A DNA stretch of 64,000 nt from the NCBI GenBank assembly GCA_028704885.1, contig JAQWEN010000001.1:222679-286678 (forward strand), in the 5' to 3' direction. Under the pieces are notes generated by a model. The model searched no databases, was not told where the DNA came from, and saw only the letters and a list, made by a program, of their open reading frames with translations. Each line of letters starts with the position of its first letter. The stretch's first letter is position 1. The stretch is from Candidatus Shapirobacteria bacterium (GTDB lineage Bacteria; Patescibacteriota; Microgenomatia; UBA12405). A program made the translations under genes and the position numbers. Positions 36,043 through 45,863 of the stretch are shown in pieces.

Positions 36043-37281
36043 TTAATTTATAATTTTTATTAGTTCATCAAAGCTAACTAATTTCTGTTCAGTAGTGATT
36101 AAATTTTTAACAGTAATTTGATTGTTTTTAGCTTCGTCGGGGCCAATAATGGCTAGATAATTAATTCCTAAAGAAAGGGCATATTTAATTTGTTTTGCCA
36201 ATTTGTCATTATCTGGATAAACAATGGAAGCAATATCTTTATCTCGAAGATTGGAAACTAAATTTAAAATATTAGATTCGGTTTCTGGTCCAAAGTTAGC
36301 GACTAAAATTTTAGTTTTTGATTGATTAGCTTGGGGAAGGAGATTGAGTTCTTGAATAACATCGACAACTCGTTCGAAACCAAAAGCAAAACCAACGGCA
36401 GGAATATTAGGACCACCTAGGGTGGAAACTAAATTGTCATAACGACCACCACCGCCAATGGCACCGATTTTTGGCTCGGTAACACTAACTTCAAAAATAG
36501 TTCCGGTGTAATAATCGCAACCACGGACTAAGGTGGGATCGAAAATATAAGAATTATCAGGGAGACCAAGGGCTTCTAATTTATTTAAAACTAATTTTAA
36601 TTTTTCGTCTGGTTGAGCTTCTTTGATATATTTAAAAAGGTTAGTAATTTGGCTTTGAGACAAAGCTTTAGACTTGAGTTCATTTATTACTCCATCTTCA
36701 CCTATTTTGCCTATTTTATCGAGAGATTGAAGTACTGAATTTTGATCTTTTTCAATAGCACTTTTAGCTAAAATATCAAAAAGAACTTGACGACTATTTA
36801 TAGAGATAATGGCGTTTTTAAAATTTAGTTTTTGAACGCCAGCATAAATTATAGAAATGATTTCAGCATCAGCAATCGGGGATGAGGTGCCAAAAATATC
36901 AATATCACATTGGACAAATTCCCGATAACGACCTTTTTGAGTGTTTTCGGCACGCCAGACTGGTTGAATTTGATAACGTTTAAATGGAAGCTGAAGGTCA
37001 TTAGAGTAAATAGCTAAAACTTTGGCAGCAGGTACAGTTAAGTCATAACGAAGACCGATTTCGCGATCACCGTTATCTTTAAAAAAGTAACCAAGTTTAT
37101 CATCGGTTTCGTTACTATATTTACCTTTTAAGACAGAAGCGTATTCAAGAGCCGGGGTTTCGAGGGGTAAAAAGCCATAATTCTCAAAAACTTCAATTAA
37201 GGTATTTTTGACATAATTACGAATACCCATGTCTTTAGGCAAAAAATCTCGAAAACCTTTTAGTGTTTGTGGTTTGGTCAT
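36043..37281 (-). CDS. hisS: Histidine--tRNA ligase
   Basis: KGFRDF, LRYDLT, GRYREFVQCD, GGGRYD; start MTKPQ at 37281. Confidence 0.97.
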   Translation of the reverse strand: MTKPQTLKGFRDFLPKDMGIRNYVKNTLIEVFENYGFLPLETPALEYASVLKGKYSNETDDKLGYFFKDNGDREIGLRYDLTVPAAKVLAIYSNDLQLPFKRYQIQPVWRAENTQKGRYREFVQCDIDIFGTSSPIADAEIISIIYAGVQKLNFKNAIISINSRQVLFDILAKSAIEKDQNSVLQSLDKIGKIGEDGVINELKSKALSQSQITNLFKYIKEAQPDEKLKLVLNKLEALGLPDNSYIFDPTLVRGCDYYTGTIFEVSVTEPKIGAIGGGGRYDNLVSTLGGPNIPAVGFAFGFERVVDVIQELNLLPQANQSKTKILVANFGPETESNILNLVSNLRDKDIASIVYPDNDKLAKQIKYALSLGINYLAIIGPDEAKNNQITVKNLITTEQKLVSFDELIKIIN

Positions 37282-37323
37282 GATGTATTTTAAATGAAAG
37301 CGACTTTGAAGTAAAATAGAGCA

Positions 37324-38046
37324 ATGAATACAGTGCAATTAGATTTTGAAAATTGGGAATTGGTAGTGGATTTGGAGGGTGGCAGGATTGATAGTTTAAA
37401 AAATAAAGGAATTTTAATCTTGGGTAGTTTTGAAAGAATAGATAGTAAAAGAGGTAATACTCATGTTTGCGTACCTAATTTTGCTAACGATGGAGTTAAA
37501 AAATATGGTTTGCCTTTTCATGGATATTTTAGAACTGCACCGTGGGTGTTGGTGCAAAAAACAGAAAATTTATTGGAAATAAATTGCGAAACGATGGGTT
37601 TTGATGTTCATCAAATTTTTTCTTTAAATAAAGAATATTTTAGTCAAAAATTGACAGTGGAAAATAAAAATGAAGAAGAAAAGCCGGTGAATGTGGCAAT
37701 CCATAATTATTGGTCAAGCGAATTAGGATGGCAGGGAGCGACTTTAAATGGTTTTGATTTAAGTGTGGGGATAAAAAATAATGATTTTACAAATTTACGT
37801 CAGTTAAATGATATTGATATTCCAGGAAAACCTTTAATTAAATGGCAACTAATGGGTTTTAATTACGCTAAATTATGGACAGGTTTTTTAGAAGAGGGAA
37901 ATAATAAAATTTTTGATAATAATTATCTTTGTATTGAGCCGATTATGGAAAAAGATGAAAATTTCTTTGGAAGCGAGGAATCAATGCTACAGTCAAAAAC
38001 AAAAATTGAACTAAGGCAGATGATTGGGGTGGTATATCGGACTTGA
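37324..38046 (+). CDS. Aldose 1-epimerase/galactose mutarotase-like protein
   Basis: LPFHGYFR, IHNYW, CIEP motifs. Confidence 0.8.
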   Translation: MNTVQLDFENWELVVDLEGGRIDSLKNKGILILGSFERIDSKRGNTHVCVPNFANDGVKKYGLPFHGYFRTAPWVLVQKTENLLEINCETMGFDVHQIFSLNKEYFSQKLTVENKNEEEKPVNVAIHNYWSSELGWQGATLNGFDLSVGIKNNDFTNLRQLNDIDIPGKPLIKWQLMGFNYAKLWTGFLEEGNNKIFDNNYLCIEPIMEKDENFFGSEESMLQSKTKIELRQMIGVVYRT

Positions 38047-38102
38047 ACCGACAACCTCAGCTTTCACAGAGCTGCGCTCTAACCAATTGAGCTAATACCA
38101 CC
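38025..38102 (-). tRNA. tRNA-His(GTG)
   Basis: Encoded G-1, C73 and CCA; CAGCT-CTGTGAA-AGCTG anticodon arm. Confidence 0.95.
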
Positions 38103-38165
38103 ATGAGGTTAAACAGTATGAATTTTACCAATAAATTGACGATTTGGGAAATTTTATTTAAAAAA

Positions 38166-38864
38166 TTAGTTATTGGTTGAAGTTTCTGGAACTTGGGCAG
38201 TAATGGAATCTATGGTTATGATTTTGGAAACGTAAAAAGTTTTAGCAATTTTGGCGTCTGGTTGGATGACAACGACGATTTTTTGACCTGATTTTAATTT
38301 ATCTAAAGTTAATTTATTATTATCTTTATTTAAAATTTCGGTTTTAGTGTCGGTTTTAATTTGATATTGAATTTCTTTATTTTTGATGGGGATTAAAATA
38401 AAAACAGGTGATGATTGGGAAATATCGACAATTTTTCCGAGAACTATTTCATTTTTATTTTCAATAGTTTTTAGGTCAGTAATAACGACTCTTTTGGCTT
38501 CAAAATTACCATACTGATTAAGATAACCCATAGCTAGAATATCTTGGCCGGCTTTAATATTATCAATTTTGGTTTTATTTCTTTTGGCATCAATAAAAAC
38601 AGTTTCTTCGGTTATAGTGATAGTTTTTGATTCGTTTTTATAATTAACAATTATTTGACTAGAGTTAATTTGGGTAATAGTGCCAATGATTGATTTTGGT
38701 TCGGTTGAAGTAGCTGTAGTACTTTGGAGCATGTCTTTAACTTTTTGTTGAACCATTTCTAAAACTTCTTTATTGGGAGCTTTAGTGGGAACAACAGTGG
38801 CTTCTTGAGAGAAAGAAGATATTGGAAAAAGTAAGGAGGAGAGGAGTAATAAAAACAAATACAT
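38166..38864 (-). CDS. Secreted protein with two OB-like (DUF5666-like) repeats
   Basis: Signal peptide; G.I..I...T.....IK.GQ.I repeated twice. Confidence 0.65.
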   Translation of the reverse strand: MYLFLLLLSSLLFPISSFSQEATVVPTKAPNKEVLEMVQQKVKDMLQSTTATSTEPKSIIGTITQINSSQIIVNYKNESKTITITEETVFIDAKRNKTKIDNIKAGQDILAMGYLNQYGNFEAKRVVITDLKTIENKNEIVLGKIVDISQSSPVFILIPIKNKEIQYQIKTDTKTEILNKDNNKLTLDKLKSGQKIVVVIQPDAKIAKTFYVSKIITIDSITAQVPETSTNN

Positions 38865-38868
38865 AAAA

Positions 38869-39330
38869 TTAAATTTTAGCGGTTGAATAAGTAAGACTTA
38901 ATTCGACTTCACTTTGATTGTCTTCTGGATCAATACTATTAACTTTAATTAAATTAATACCACTATCAAGTTCAATACTAATACTAAAAACACCATTAGC
39001 ATTACTTTTATCACTAAAAGTTTTAGTGGGAGTGGAAATGACGATTAGGCTATTTGGGGTGCTATCACCTTTGATACTAATTTTAGAATTAGAGAGAACG
39101 GTATTATTTTCTGGGGAAGTAATATTAATGGAAGATTCTGTTTTGGAAGCTGCGGGTGTAGTTGAAATCTGGGTTGACATTTGTAAATCAGTGACAGTGG
39201 GGGTTGGGGCAATTTCAACTGAATTTTGTTTTGGGGTGGTTTTATTCTTATTGAGAGCAAAGAAAGCTCCGGTAATACCGAATCCTAAAATTGACCCGAG
39301 AGCGATGGCTAAAAAGAGTTCTTTAATCAT
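38869..39330 (-). CDS. Membrane-anchored Ig-like protein
   Basis: TM, PTPT linker, ITSPEN..G.F...L..G.N.I; start MIKEL behind a TATAAT. Confidence 0.7.
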   Translation of the reverse strand: MIKELFLAIALGSILGFGITGAFFALNKNKTTPKQNSVEIAPTPTVTDLQMSTQISTTPAASKTESSINITSPENNTVLSNSKISIKGDSTPNSLIVISTPTKTFSDKSNANGVFSISIELDSGINLIKVNSIDPEDNQSEVELSLTYSTAKI

Positions 39331-39386
39331 TTTACTATTATAGATGATATCACAAATAGTCAAAAGTTGATGATAGAATTGAAGAT

Positions 39387-39968
39387 ATGGAAATAAAAAT
39401 ATTAGAAAATCAATCAGTTTATTTAAAGGGTAAAAAAGAAAATGTTTTAATTAATCCAGCCAAAGAGGTGAGAAATGATAATAAATATTCGTCAAGAATT
39501 TTTTTATTTACTGCCGAGAAATATGATGGGATGGGGTTTGAGGGAGAAAAAATTTTGATTAGAGCTCCAGGAGAATATGAAGTTGGCGGAGTGGAGATAA
39601 ATGGTTACAACTCAGGAAATGACAATACGCTTTTCGTGATTCATATTGATGGAATTAAAGTAGTATTTTTGGGTGATCTAGAAGAAACTTTAAGTGATAA
39701 AAGAATTGAAAAAATAGATTCGGCTGATGTTCTTTTGGCTCCAGTTTTAATAAAAGATAGTGCTAGTGGAAAATTGGTTTTAGATTGGGCTAAAAAATGG
39801 GGAGTAAATTATTTAGTTCCGATGGGTTATGATGATGAAAATAAAAAAGATTTAGACAAATTTTTGGATCAGGCAGATCAAGAGGGATTAGAAGCAATTG
39901 AATGTTTAAAAGTAGACAAAGATGATCTTCCAGACGGTTTAGAGTTGAAAGTCTTAAAGAAGGTATAA
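39387..39968 (+). CDS. MBL-fold protein (Lactamase_B_3-like), degenerate
   Basis: PGEYEVGGV, FLGDL, VPMGY; His ligands absent. Confidence 0.75.
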   Translation: MEIKILENQSVYLKGKKENVLINPAKEVRNDNKYSSRIFLFTAEKYDGMGFEGEKILIRAPGEYEVGGVEINGYNSGNDNTLFVIHIDGIKVVFLGDLEETLSDKRIEKIDSADVLLAPVLIKDSASGKLVLDWAKKWGVNYLVPMGYDDENKKDLDKFLDQADQEGLEAIECLKVDKDDLPDGLELKVLKKV

Positions 39969-39975
39969 TATAAAT

Positions 39976-41286
39976 ATGAATACAGATGCTATCAGACTGC
40001 CCCCCAGCTCTGAAGAAGCTGAAGTTTGCGTATTAGGGTCGATTTTAATTGATAATGATGCAGTTTTGGCGGTGTCGGAATTTTTAAGACCAGAACATTT
40101 TTACAATTCTAATTATGGCAAGATTTATGAGGGGATGATGAAGCTCTATGAAGAGCGAATGCCAATTGATATTGTGACAGTAGCGGAGAAATTAAAGGAG
40201 TTAAATGTATTAAAAAAAATTGGAGGAAAAGGGTTTCTGACTAGATTGGCTAGTGAGGTTCCAACAGCGGCTAATGCGGAAAGTTATGGTCATATTATTA
40301 AATCATTATCAGCTAAAAGAGAATTGATATCGGCGGCGGGAAGGATTAGTGAAAAAGCTTTTGATCCAACATTACCGGCTGACCAATTATTAGATATCGC
40401 CGAACAAGAAATTTTTTCTTTATCTCAAAAACATTTGAAATCAATTCCGACTTCATTAAAAGAAGTGTTAACAGCTAGTTTTGATAGATTAGATGAATTA
40501 CAAAAATTAGGAACTGGATTAAGAGGGGTTCCAAGCGGTTTTAAGGGTTTGGATAATATTTTGGCAGGAATGCAGGATAGCAATTTATTGATTTTGGCCG
40601 CTCGACCAGGGGTAGGTAAAACAGCTTTTGGTTTAAATATTGCCAGACATGTAGCAGTCGAAGAGAAAATGCCAGTTTGTATGTTTTCATTAGAAATGAG
40701 CAAGGAGGAATTAGTTGATCGTTTATTGGTAAGACAGGGATTAATTGATGCTTGGAAATTAAAAACAGGACAATTATCGGCTAATGATTTTGATGCTTTA
40801 TCTGAAGCTATGGGAGTTTTAGCTGAAGCTCCACTTTATATTGATGATACTCCAGGATTAACAGTAACAGAATTGAGAACCAAGGCTCGAAGATTACAGG
40901 TTGATAAGGGAATTAAATTTATAATTGTTGATTATTTGCAATTGATGCATGGATCGACTCGAGATAATAGAGTTCAGGAAGTTTCAGAAATTTCGCAGGG
41001 TTTAAAAAATTTGGCGAGAGAATTAAAAGTTCCAGTATTGGCATTGGCCCAGTTATCTAGAGCTATGGAAGCTAGGGGAGGAAAGCCAAGATTATCGGAT
41101 TTAAGAGAATCGGGAAGTATCGAACAAGATGCTGACGTGGTTTTCTTTTTATCAAGAGAAGATGAAGAGGTAAGAGAAATGGTGACTTGTAGTGTTGAAA
41201 AACACCGAAATGGTCCAACAGGAAGCTTTAATTTGTATTTCAATGGCAAACAAGTTAGTTTCTTCGATGTGGAAAAGAAGCAATAA
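39976..41286 (+). CDS. dnaB: Replicative DNA helicase
   Basis: AARPGVGKT, VDYLQL, DLRESGSIEQDAD. Confidence 0.98.
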   Translation: MNTDAIRLPPSSEEAEVCVLGSILIDNDAVLAVSEFLRPEHFYNSNYGKIYEGMMKLYEERMPIDIVTVAEKLKELNVLKKIGGKGFLTRLASEVPTAANAESYGHIIKSLSAKRELISAAGRISEKAFDPTLPADQLLDIAEQEIFSLSQKHLKSIPTSLKEVLTASFDRLDELQKLGTGLRGVPSGFKGLDNILAGMQDSNLLILAARPGVGKTAFGLNIARHVAVEEKMPVCMFSLEMSKEELVDRLLVRQGLIDAWKLKTGQLSANDFDALSEAMGVLAEAPLYIDDTPGLTVTELRTKARRLQVDKGIKFIIVDYLQLMHGSTRDNRVQEVSEISQGLKNLARELKVPVLALAQLSRAMEARGGKPRLSDLRESGSIEQDADVVFFLSREDEEVREMVTCSVEKHRNGPTGSFNLYFNGKQVSFFDVEKKQ

Positions 41287-41320
41287 TTTTTAATTTTAGG
41301 TTATAATAAGATTACTTTTA

Positions 41321-41403
41321 GCCGAAGTGGTGGAATGGTAGACACGCACGCCTCAAGAGCGTGTGGCAGCAATGTCATGGGGGTTCAAGTCCCTCCTTCG
41401 GCA
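41321..41403 (+). tRNA. tRNA-Leu(CAA)
   Basis: GCCGAAG/CTTCGGC acceptor, CACGC-CTCAAGA-GCGTG, long variable arm. Confidence 0.95.
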
Positions 41404-41504
41404 CAAATTTAGATTGAAACAAAAAAGAAAAAATAATTTATTTTTTCGGCTCGTAAAATATTTTCAATAATCTTACATTGATTTTTAAAATGTTAAAATA
41501 AGTT

Positions 41505-42170
41505 ATGAGTTTGGGAATATTAAGAATTGTTGGAATAATACTTTTTGTTTATTTAACTTGGAGAAATTTAAAAAATAATTACGAAGAAGATAAAATCGTA
41601 AACTACTCATGGATAGCTTTGTTAGGTTTTTTTGTTGTGGGCAGAATCACTTATGGTTTAGTTAATTTTGGGATTTGGAATGATAGTTGGTTAAGCTGGT
41701 TTTCGGTTTGGAATAAACCAGGAATGGATTATATTGGTGGTTTTTTAGCCTTAATTTTGATTAATTTTATTTTTTCAAAAATAAACAGTTGGAAATTTAT
41801 ACCATTTTGTGAAGATGGATTAGTTAACTCTTTGTTCTTTTTGGTTTTTTTAATAGCGGATGAATTTTTAAGAAGTAAATTTGACTTGAAAACAGGAGTT
41901 TATTTATTATTTTTAGTCTTAATGATACTTTTGGCCAATTTAGCTAAGAAAAAATATCGATCGTTAGTGTGGTATAAGAGTGGAAAGAAAGGTTTTGCTT
42001 TTTTAATAACTGGATTTTTTGCTTTTTTAATATTAGGATTTTTAGGGCTTTATTTTAAAATTAATTTGCCTTATTTAATTTTATATTGGCTTATTAGTTT
42101 GATTTCTTTGACAGGATTGTGTATTTTAGGTGAAGTATTTAATTTTTTAGTGATTAACAAAAGGAGATAA
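41505..42170 (+). CDS. Lgt-like (prolipoprotein diacylglyceryl transferase-related) membrane protein
   Basis: Multi-TM with GRITY and PGMDYIGG motifs; upstream of lspA. Confidence 0.55.
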   Translation: MSLGILRIVGIILFVYLTWRNLKNNYEEDKIVNYSWIALLGFFVVGRITYGLVNFGIWNDSWLSWFSVWNKPGMDYIGGFLALILINFIFSKINSWKFIPFCEDGLVNSLFFLVFLIADEFLRSKFDLKTGVYLLFLVLMILLANLAKKKYRSLVWYKSGKKGFAFLITGFFAFLILGFLGLYFKINLPYLILYWLISLISLTGLCILGEVFNFLVINKRR

Positions 42171-42171
42171 T

Positions 42172-42549
42172 ATGAAAAAGAAAACAGGGAATTTAAGTTT
42201 ACCAGGTAGATTACTATCGCCAATTAAAGTTTTTTTGGAGAAAGAATTGGTTCTTCTTAAAAGAAGAAAAAAACAATTGAAAAAAAATGATCCGTTTTTT
42301 GCTGAAAATAGAGCCAATGAAAATTCTTTTGAAGAGGATTTAGATGAACAGATTGGCCATTTCGATAACGAGGTTAAGGCAAAATTTTTAAGTAAAGAGA
42401 TAGTCCAATTTAGAACAGCCTTAACTCGAATGAAAATAGGTAAATACGGCATCTGTGAAAAGTGTGGAAAGATGATTGATACTGATAGATTGGCAGTTCA
42501 GCCGGAGGCAACTATGTGTATTAAGTGTAGTAAAAAAAGTGAAGAATAG
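42172..42549 (+). CDS. TraR/DksA C4 zinc-finger protein
   Basis: YGICEKCG..I..DRL...P.A..CIKC. Confidence 0.9.
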   Translation: MKKKTGNLSLPGRLLSPIKVFLEKELVLLKRRKKQLKKNDPFFAENRANENSFEEDLDEQIGHFDNEVKAKFLSKEIVQFRTALTRMKIGKYGICEKCGKMIDTDRLAVQPEATMCIKCSKKSEE

Positions 42550-42846
42550 TTGATATTTATGGTTAAAAACTATGGTATAAGTTTTGGAATAAATGGGGTA
42601 TTTTTTATTGTATTGAGTATATTTTTTGTTCTATTATTTTTGTTTTTAAGTATAAAGAAAGGAAAGGGCTATTGGTTAATTTTTATGGGGGGTTTAGCCA
42701 ATTTAATTGAGAGGATTGTTTTGGGATATGTAAGAGATTATTGGAATTTTTTAGGATTGGGACTTTACAATAATATTAATGATTGGATAATTGGAATAGG
42801 AGTTTTATTTTGTTTAAGCGATTTATTATGGAAGAAATCAAAATAG
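42550..42846 (+). CDS. lspA: Signal peptidase II, shortened
   Basis: NYGISFG, GGLANLIER, GYVRDY, NIND. Confidence 0.75.
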   Translation: MIFMVKNYGISFGINGVFFIVLSIFFVLLFLFLSIKKGKGYWLIFMGGLANLIERIVLGYVRDYWNFLGLGLYNNINDWIIGIGVLFCLSDLLWKKSK

Positions 42847-43502
42847 TTTTTGAAGACAAAGATCTAATGATAGTTGAAAAACCACCATTGATGACAACAA
42901 CTAAAGAAAAAAAGGAAGAAAAAGGAACATTGGAAGATTATTTACGGGAAATTAGGCCAAATAATTTACCGAGAAATGGAATTCTGCATAGGTTAGACAA
43001 GGGGACTTCTGGTTTAATAATAGTGGCTAAGACAGAAGAGGCATTTTTAAACCTTAAGAAACAATTCAAAGAGAGATCTTTAATGAAAAAGTATTATTGT
43101 TTGGTCGGCGGAGATAGTTCTTTTGAAGGAACAATAGATATGCCAATTGCTAGATCAAAATATGTTTTTGCTAAATTTGGAGTAAACGAAGATGGGAAGA
43201 GAGCATTGACAAATTTTAATTTGATTAAAAAATATCGTAAAGATGGAAAGATTTATAGTTTATTAGATATTGATTTAAAAACTGGAAGGACACACCAGAT
43301 TAGAGTTCATTTAAGTCATTTAAGATGGCCTTTGGTAGGTGATAGAGTTTATGGAGGTGAGAGTGTTGATGGTTTAAAAAGACCATTTTTGCATGCTTAT
43401 AAAATAATTTTTAAACATCCAATTAATGGTCAAAAAATGGAATTTAAAATAGATTTACCGAAAGATTTAAGTGAAATTTTGAAAAAATATGAGGAATACT
43501 AG
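42828..43502 (+). CDS. RluA/RluD pseudouridine synthase
   Basis: HRLDKGTSG, TGRTHQIRVH, LHAY. Confidence 0.93.
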   Translation: MEEIKIVFEDKDLMIVEKPPLMTTTKEKKEEKGTLEDYLREIRPNNLPRNGILHRLDKGTSGLIIVAKTEEAFLNLKKQFKERSLMKKYYCLVGGDSSFEGTIDMPIARSKYVFAKFGVNEDGKRALTNFNLIKKYRKDGKIYSLLDIDLKTGRTHQIRVHLSHLRWPLVGDRVYGGESVDGLKRPFLHAYKIIFKHPINGQKMEFKIDLPKDLSEILKKYEEY

Positions 43503-44316
43503 AATAAAAAAAAAGATAAATCTAAAATTGTTTTTTGGAGTAATTTTGTTGTTATTTTTGACGTTTTTAGTGTTATTAAGTTTCTTTAAAAAAGACAATA
43601 GTGATAAAAATTTAGACTACAAATTGGGAATAATTGCAAATGATGGAATTACTTTGGTGTCAATATCTAATGAAAGAAAAATGATTAATGTTTTAAATTT
43701 AGGGGAAGAATCTTCGGAAGAATTTAAAAGAATTGTAGGAAAAGAAAATAATATAGATTTAATTAAACATATTTATTGGTATAACTTTGGATTTTATCCA
43801 GATAAAATTTTGAATTTAAATTCAACTAGTCAATGGAAAAATAATGATGTTTTGATTGAAAATTTAGGTTTTTTAAATTGGATTAGATATAAAAAAGATT
43901 ATGGAAAAATGCTTTTAAAACAGGAGAAAATAAATGGTTTATTAAATGAAAATAGATTGATTTTGGATGAAATACTGGTTCGTGATTTTTCAGAAAGTAA
44001 ATTAAATAATGAAGAGTTAAGACTGTCTATTTTTAATAATACAAACGAAAGTGGTTTAGCTGGTTTTATAACAAAAAGATTAGAATGGTCGGGATTTTCG
44101 GTAGTTTCGAATGATAATGATACTCAAAAAATAAATAATTGTTTGATTGTTTATGGTAATAAAGTTGATCAAAATTATGGTTGGAAGTTGATAAATAAAA
44201 TTTTTAATTGTGATAAAAAATTTGATGAAAATTTAAATGAAAATGAATTGGAACTATATTTTGGTGATAATTTTGCTTCAGTGATAAAATACTCAAGCTA
44301 TACAATTAATAATTAA
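43489..44316 (+). CDS. LytR C-terminal-domain membrane protein
   Basis: N-terminal TM; IFNNT..SGLA....LE..GF.V ... LYFG. Confidence 0.75.
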   Translation: MRNTRIKKKINLKLFFGVILLLFLTFLVLLSFFKKDNSDKNLDYKLGIIANDGITLVSISNERKMINVLNLGEESSEEFKRIVGKENNIDLIKHIYWYNFGFYPDKILNLNSTSQWKNNDVLIENLGFLNWIRYKKDYGKMLLKQEKINGLLNENRLILDEILVRDFSESKLNNEELRLSIFNNTNESGLAGFITKRLEWSGFSVVSNDNDTQKINNCLIVYGNKVDQNYGWKLINKIFNCDKKFDENLNENELELYFGDNFASVIKYSSYTINN

Positions 44317-44350
44317 AAATTAATAATTAAAAATTAATAATTAAGAATTT

Positions 44351-45073
44351 ATGTCAGGTCATTCCAAATGGTCAAATATTAAAAACCGAAAAGGGGCTCA
44401 AGATAAAAAAAGAAGTGAGTCGTTTACGAGAACTTCAAGAGATATTTTAACTGCAATTAGACTTGGAGGGGGAATTACTAATCCGGAGGCTAATTTAGGT
44501 CTTAAAATTGCAATCGAAAAAGCGAGAGAGGTTAATATGCCAAAGGAAAATGTTGATAGATTATTGACTCGATTTGAAGAAAGAAAGGTAAATTTAGTGG
44601 CAATGACAATGGAGGGTTATGGTCCTTTTGGAGTGCCGATGATTATAGAATTGGAAACCGATAATAAAAATAGAACATTAGGAGAGATTAAACTTATTTT
44701 TAGAAATTATGGCGGTAATTTAGGTGAAAGTAATTCGGTTATGTTCCAATTTAAGAGAGTGGGAGAAGTGGAAATATCAGGTTTATCAGATATCAGTTCG
44801 TCAGATCTCAGTTTGGAATTGATTGATGCGGGGGCGGTTGATTTTGATGGAAATATTATTTTAACAGAACCGAATGGTCTAAATGAAATGGTTAAAAAAG
44901 TTGAGGAGATGGGATTAAAAATAGAAAGATCGGAATTGTCGATGAGGGCTAATAATCCGATCATGTTAAGTTCAGAGGATGAAGTAGGTAAAATTTTAGA
45001 TATGATCGAAGAATTAGAAGAAAACGATGATGTTATAAATGTTTTTGCAGGATTCGATTATAAAAAGGTATAA
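44351..45073 (+). CDS. YebC/PmpR family protein
   Basis: MSGHSKWSNIK, NMPK, EGYGP, TDNKNRT. Confidence 0.95.
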   Translation: MSGHSKWSNIKNRKGAQDKKRSESFTRTSRDILTAIRLGGGITNPEANLGLKIAIEKAREVNMPKENVDRLLTRFEERKVNLVAMTMEGYGPFGVPMIIELETDNKNRTLGEIKLIFRNYGGNLGESNSVMFQFKRVGEVEISGLSDISSSDLSLELIDAGAVDFDGNIILTEPNGLNEMVKKVEEMGLKIERSELSMRANNPIMLSSEDEVGKILDMIEELEENDDVINVFAGFDYKKV

Positions 45074-45080
45074 TTTATCA

Positions 45081-45863
45081 ATGTCAAAAAGACTTAGATA
45101 TTTAATATCATCGATTTTAGCTACAATTGGTTTTTATTTTTTTTTAAGTTTACCCTATGAATCTCATTATTATGGTTTATTAGTGGGAATAGTTTTAATT
45201 ATTTTTTGTTTTTGGTTTGGATTGGGGATTGTCTTTGATAAAAGTATTTATATTCGATTAATGTCGATAGTAATGCCAGGAGCTTTTTTTATAGGATTTG
45301 CTTTATTTGCAACATTGTTACCCCAGACTTTTTTATTAAGTTTAATTTATAGCTTATTTTTTGGAATCATAATTTATGCGATGTTTCTGGTGGAAAATGT
45401 TTTTTTGGTAGCAATTGGATTTAGAACACCACCGCTTTATCGGGCGGCATATACAGTGGGATTAATTTTATTATTATTGACTTCTTTTTTCTTATTCGAC
45501 AGTCTTTTTTCTTTTAAATTTATTTATTGGTTGAACATATTGTCAGTTTTTGTGATTTCGATAATAATTTTTTTATATATATTTTTTAGCGTAACAATAG
45601 AATTACCCGACGATGGAAAAAATAAAAATGTTTGGTATTATGTTTTGATTCCGTCAATTTTAATGTCAGAAATGGCCTTAGTTTTAAGTTTTTTACCAGT
45701 TGGCATTTTTAAAGGTTCTATTTATTTAGTGATGATAGTTTATATTTTTGGAGGGTTATTACACGCTGAATTAAGAGATAGATTGTTTAAGAGAACTTGG
45801 TTGGTTTTTATTTGGGTAGGCGTGGCTACAATTTTAGGAATTATTATTACTGGATTGAGGTAA
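45081..45863 (+). CDS. Polytopic membrane protein (CPR-type hypothetical)
   Basis: About 9 TM; ENVFLVA...PLYRAA motif. Confidence 0.7.
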   Translation: MSKRLRYLISSILATIGFYFFLSLPYESHYYGLLVGIVLIIFCFWFGLGIVFDKSIYIRLMSIVMPGAFFIGFALFATLLPQTFLLSLIYSLFFGIIIYAMFLVENVFLVAIGFRTPPLYRAAYTVGLILLLLTSFFLFDSLFSFKFIYWLNILSVFVISIIIFLYIFFSVTIELPDDGKNKNVWYYVLIPSILMSEMALVLSFLPVGIFKGSIYLVMIVYIFGGLLHAELRDRLFKRTWLVFIWVGVATILGIIITGLR

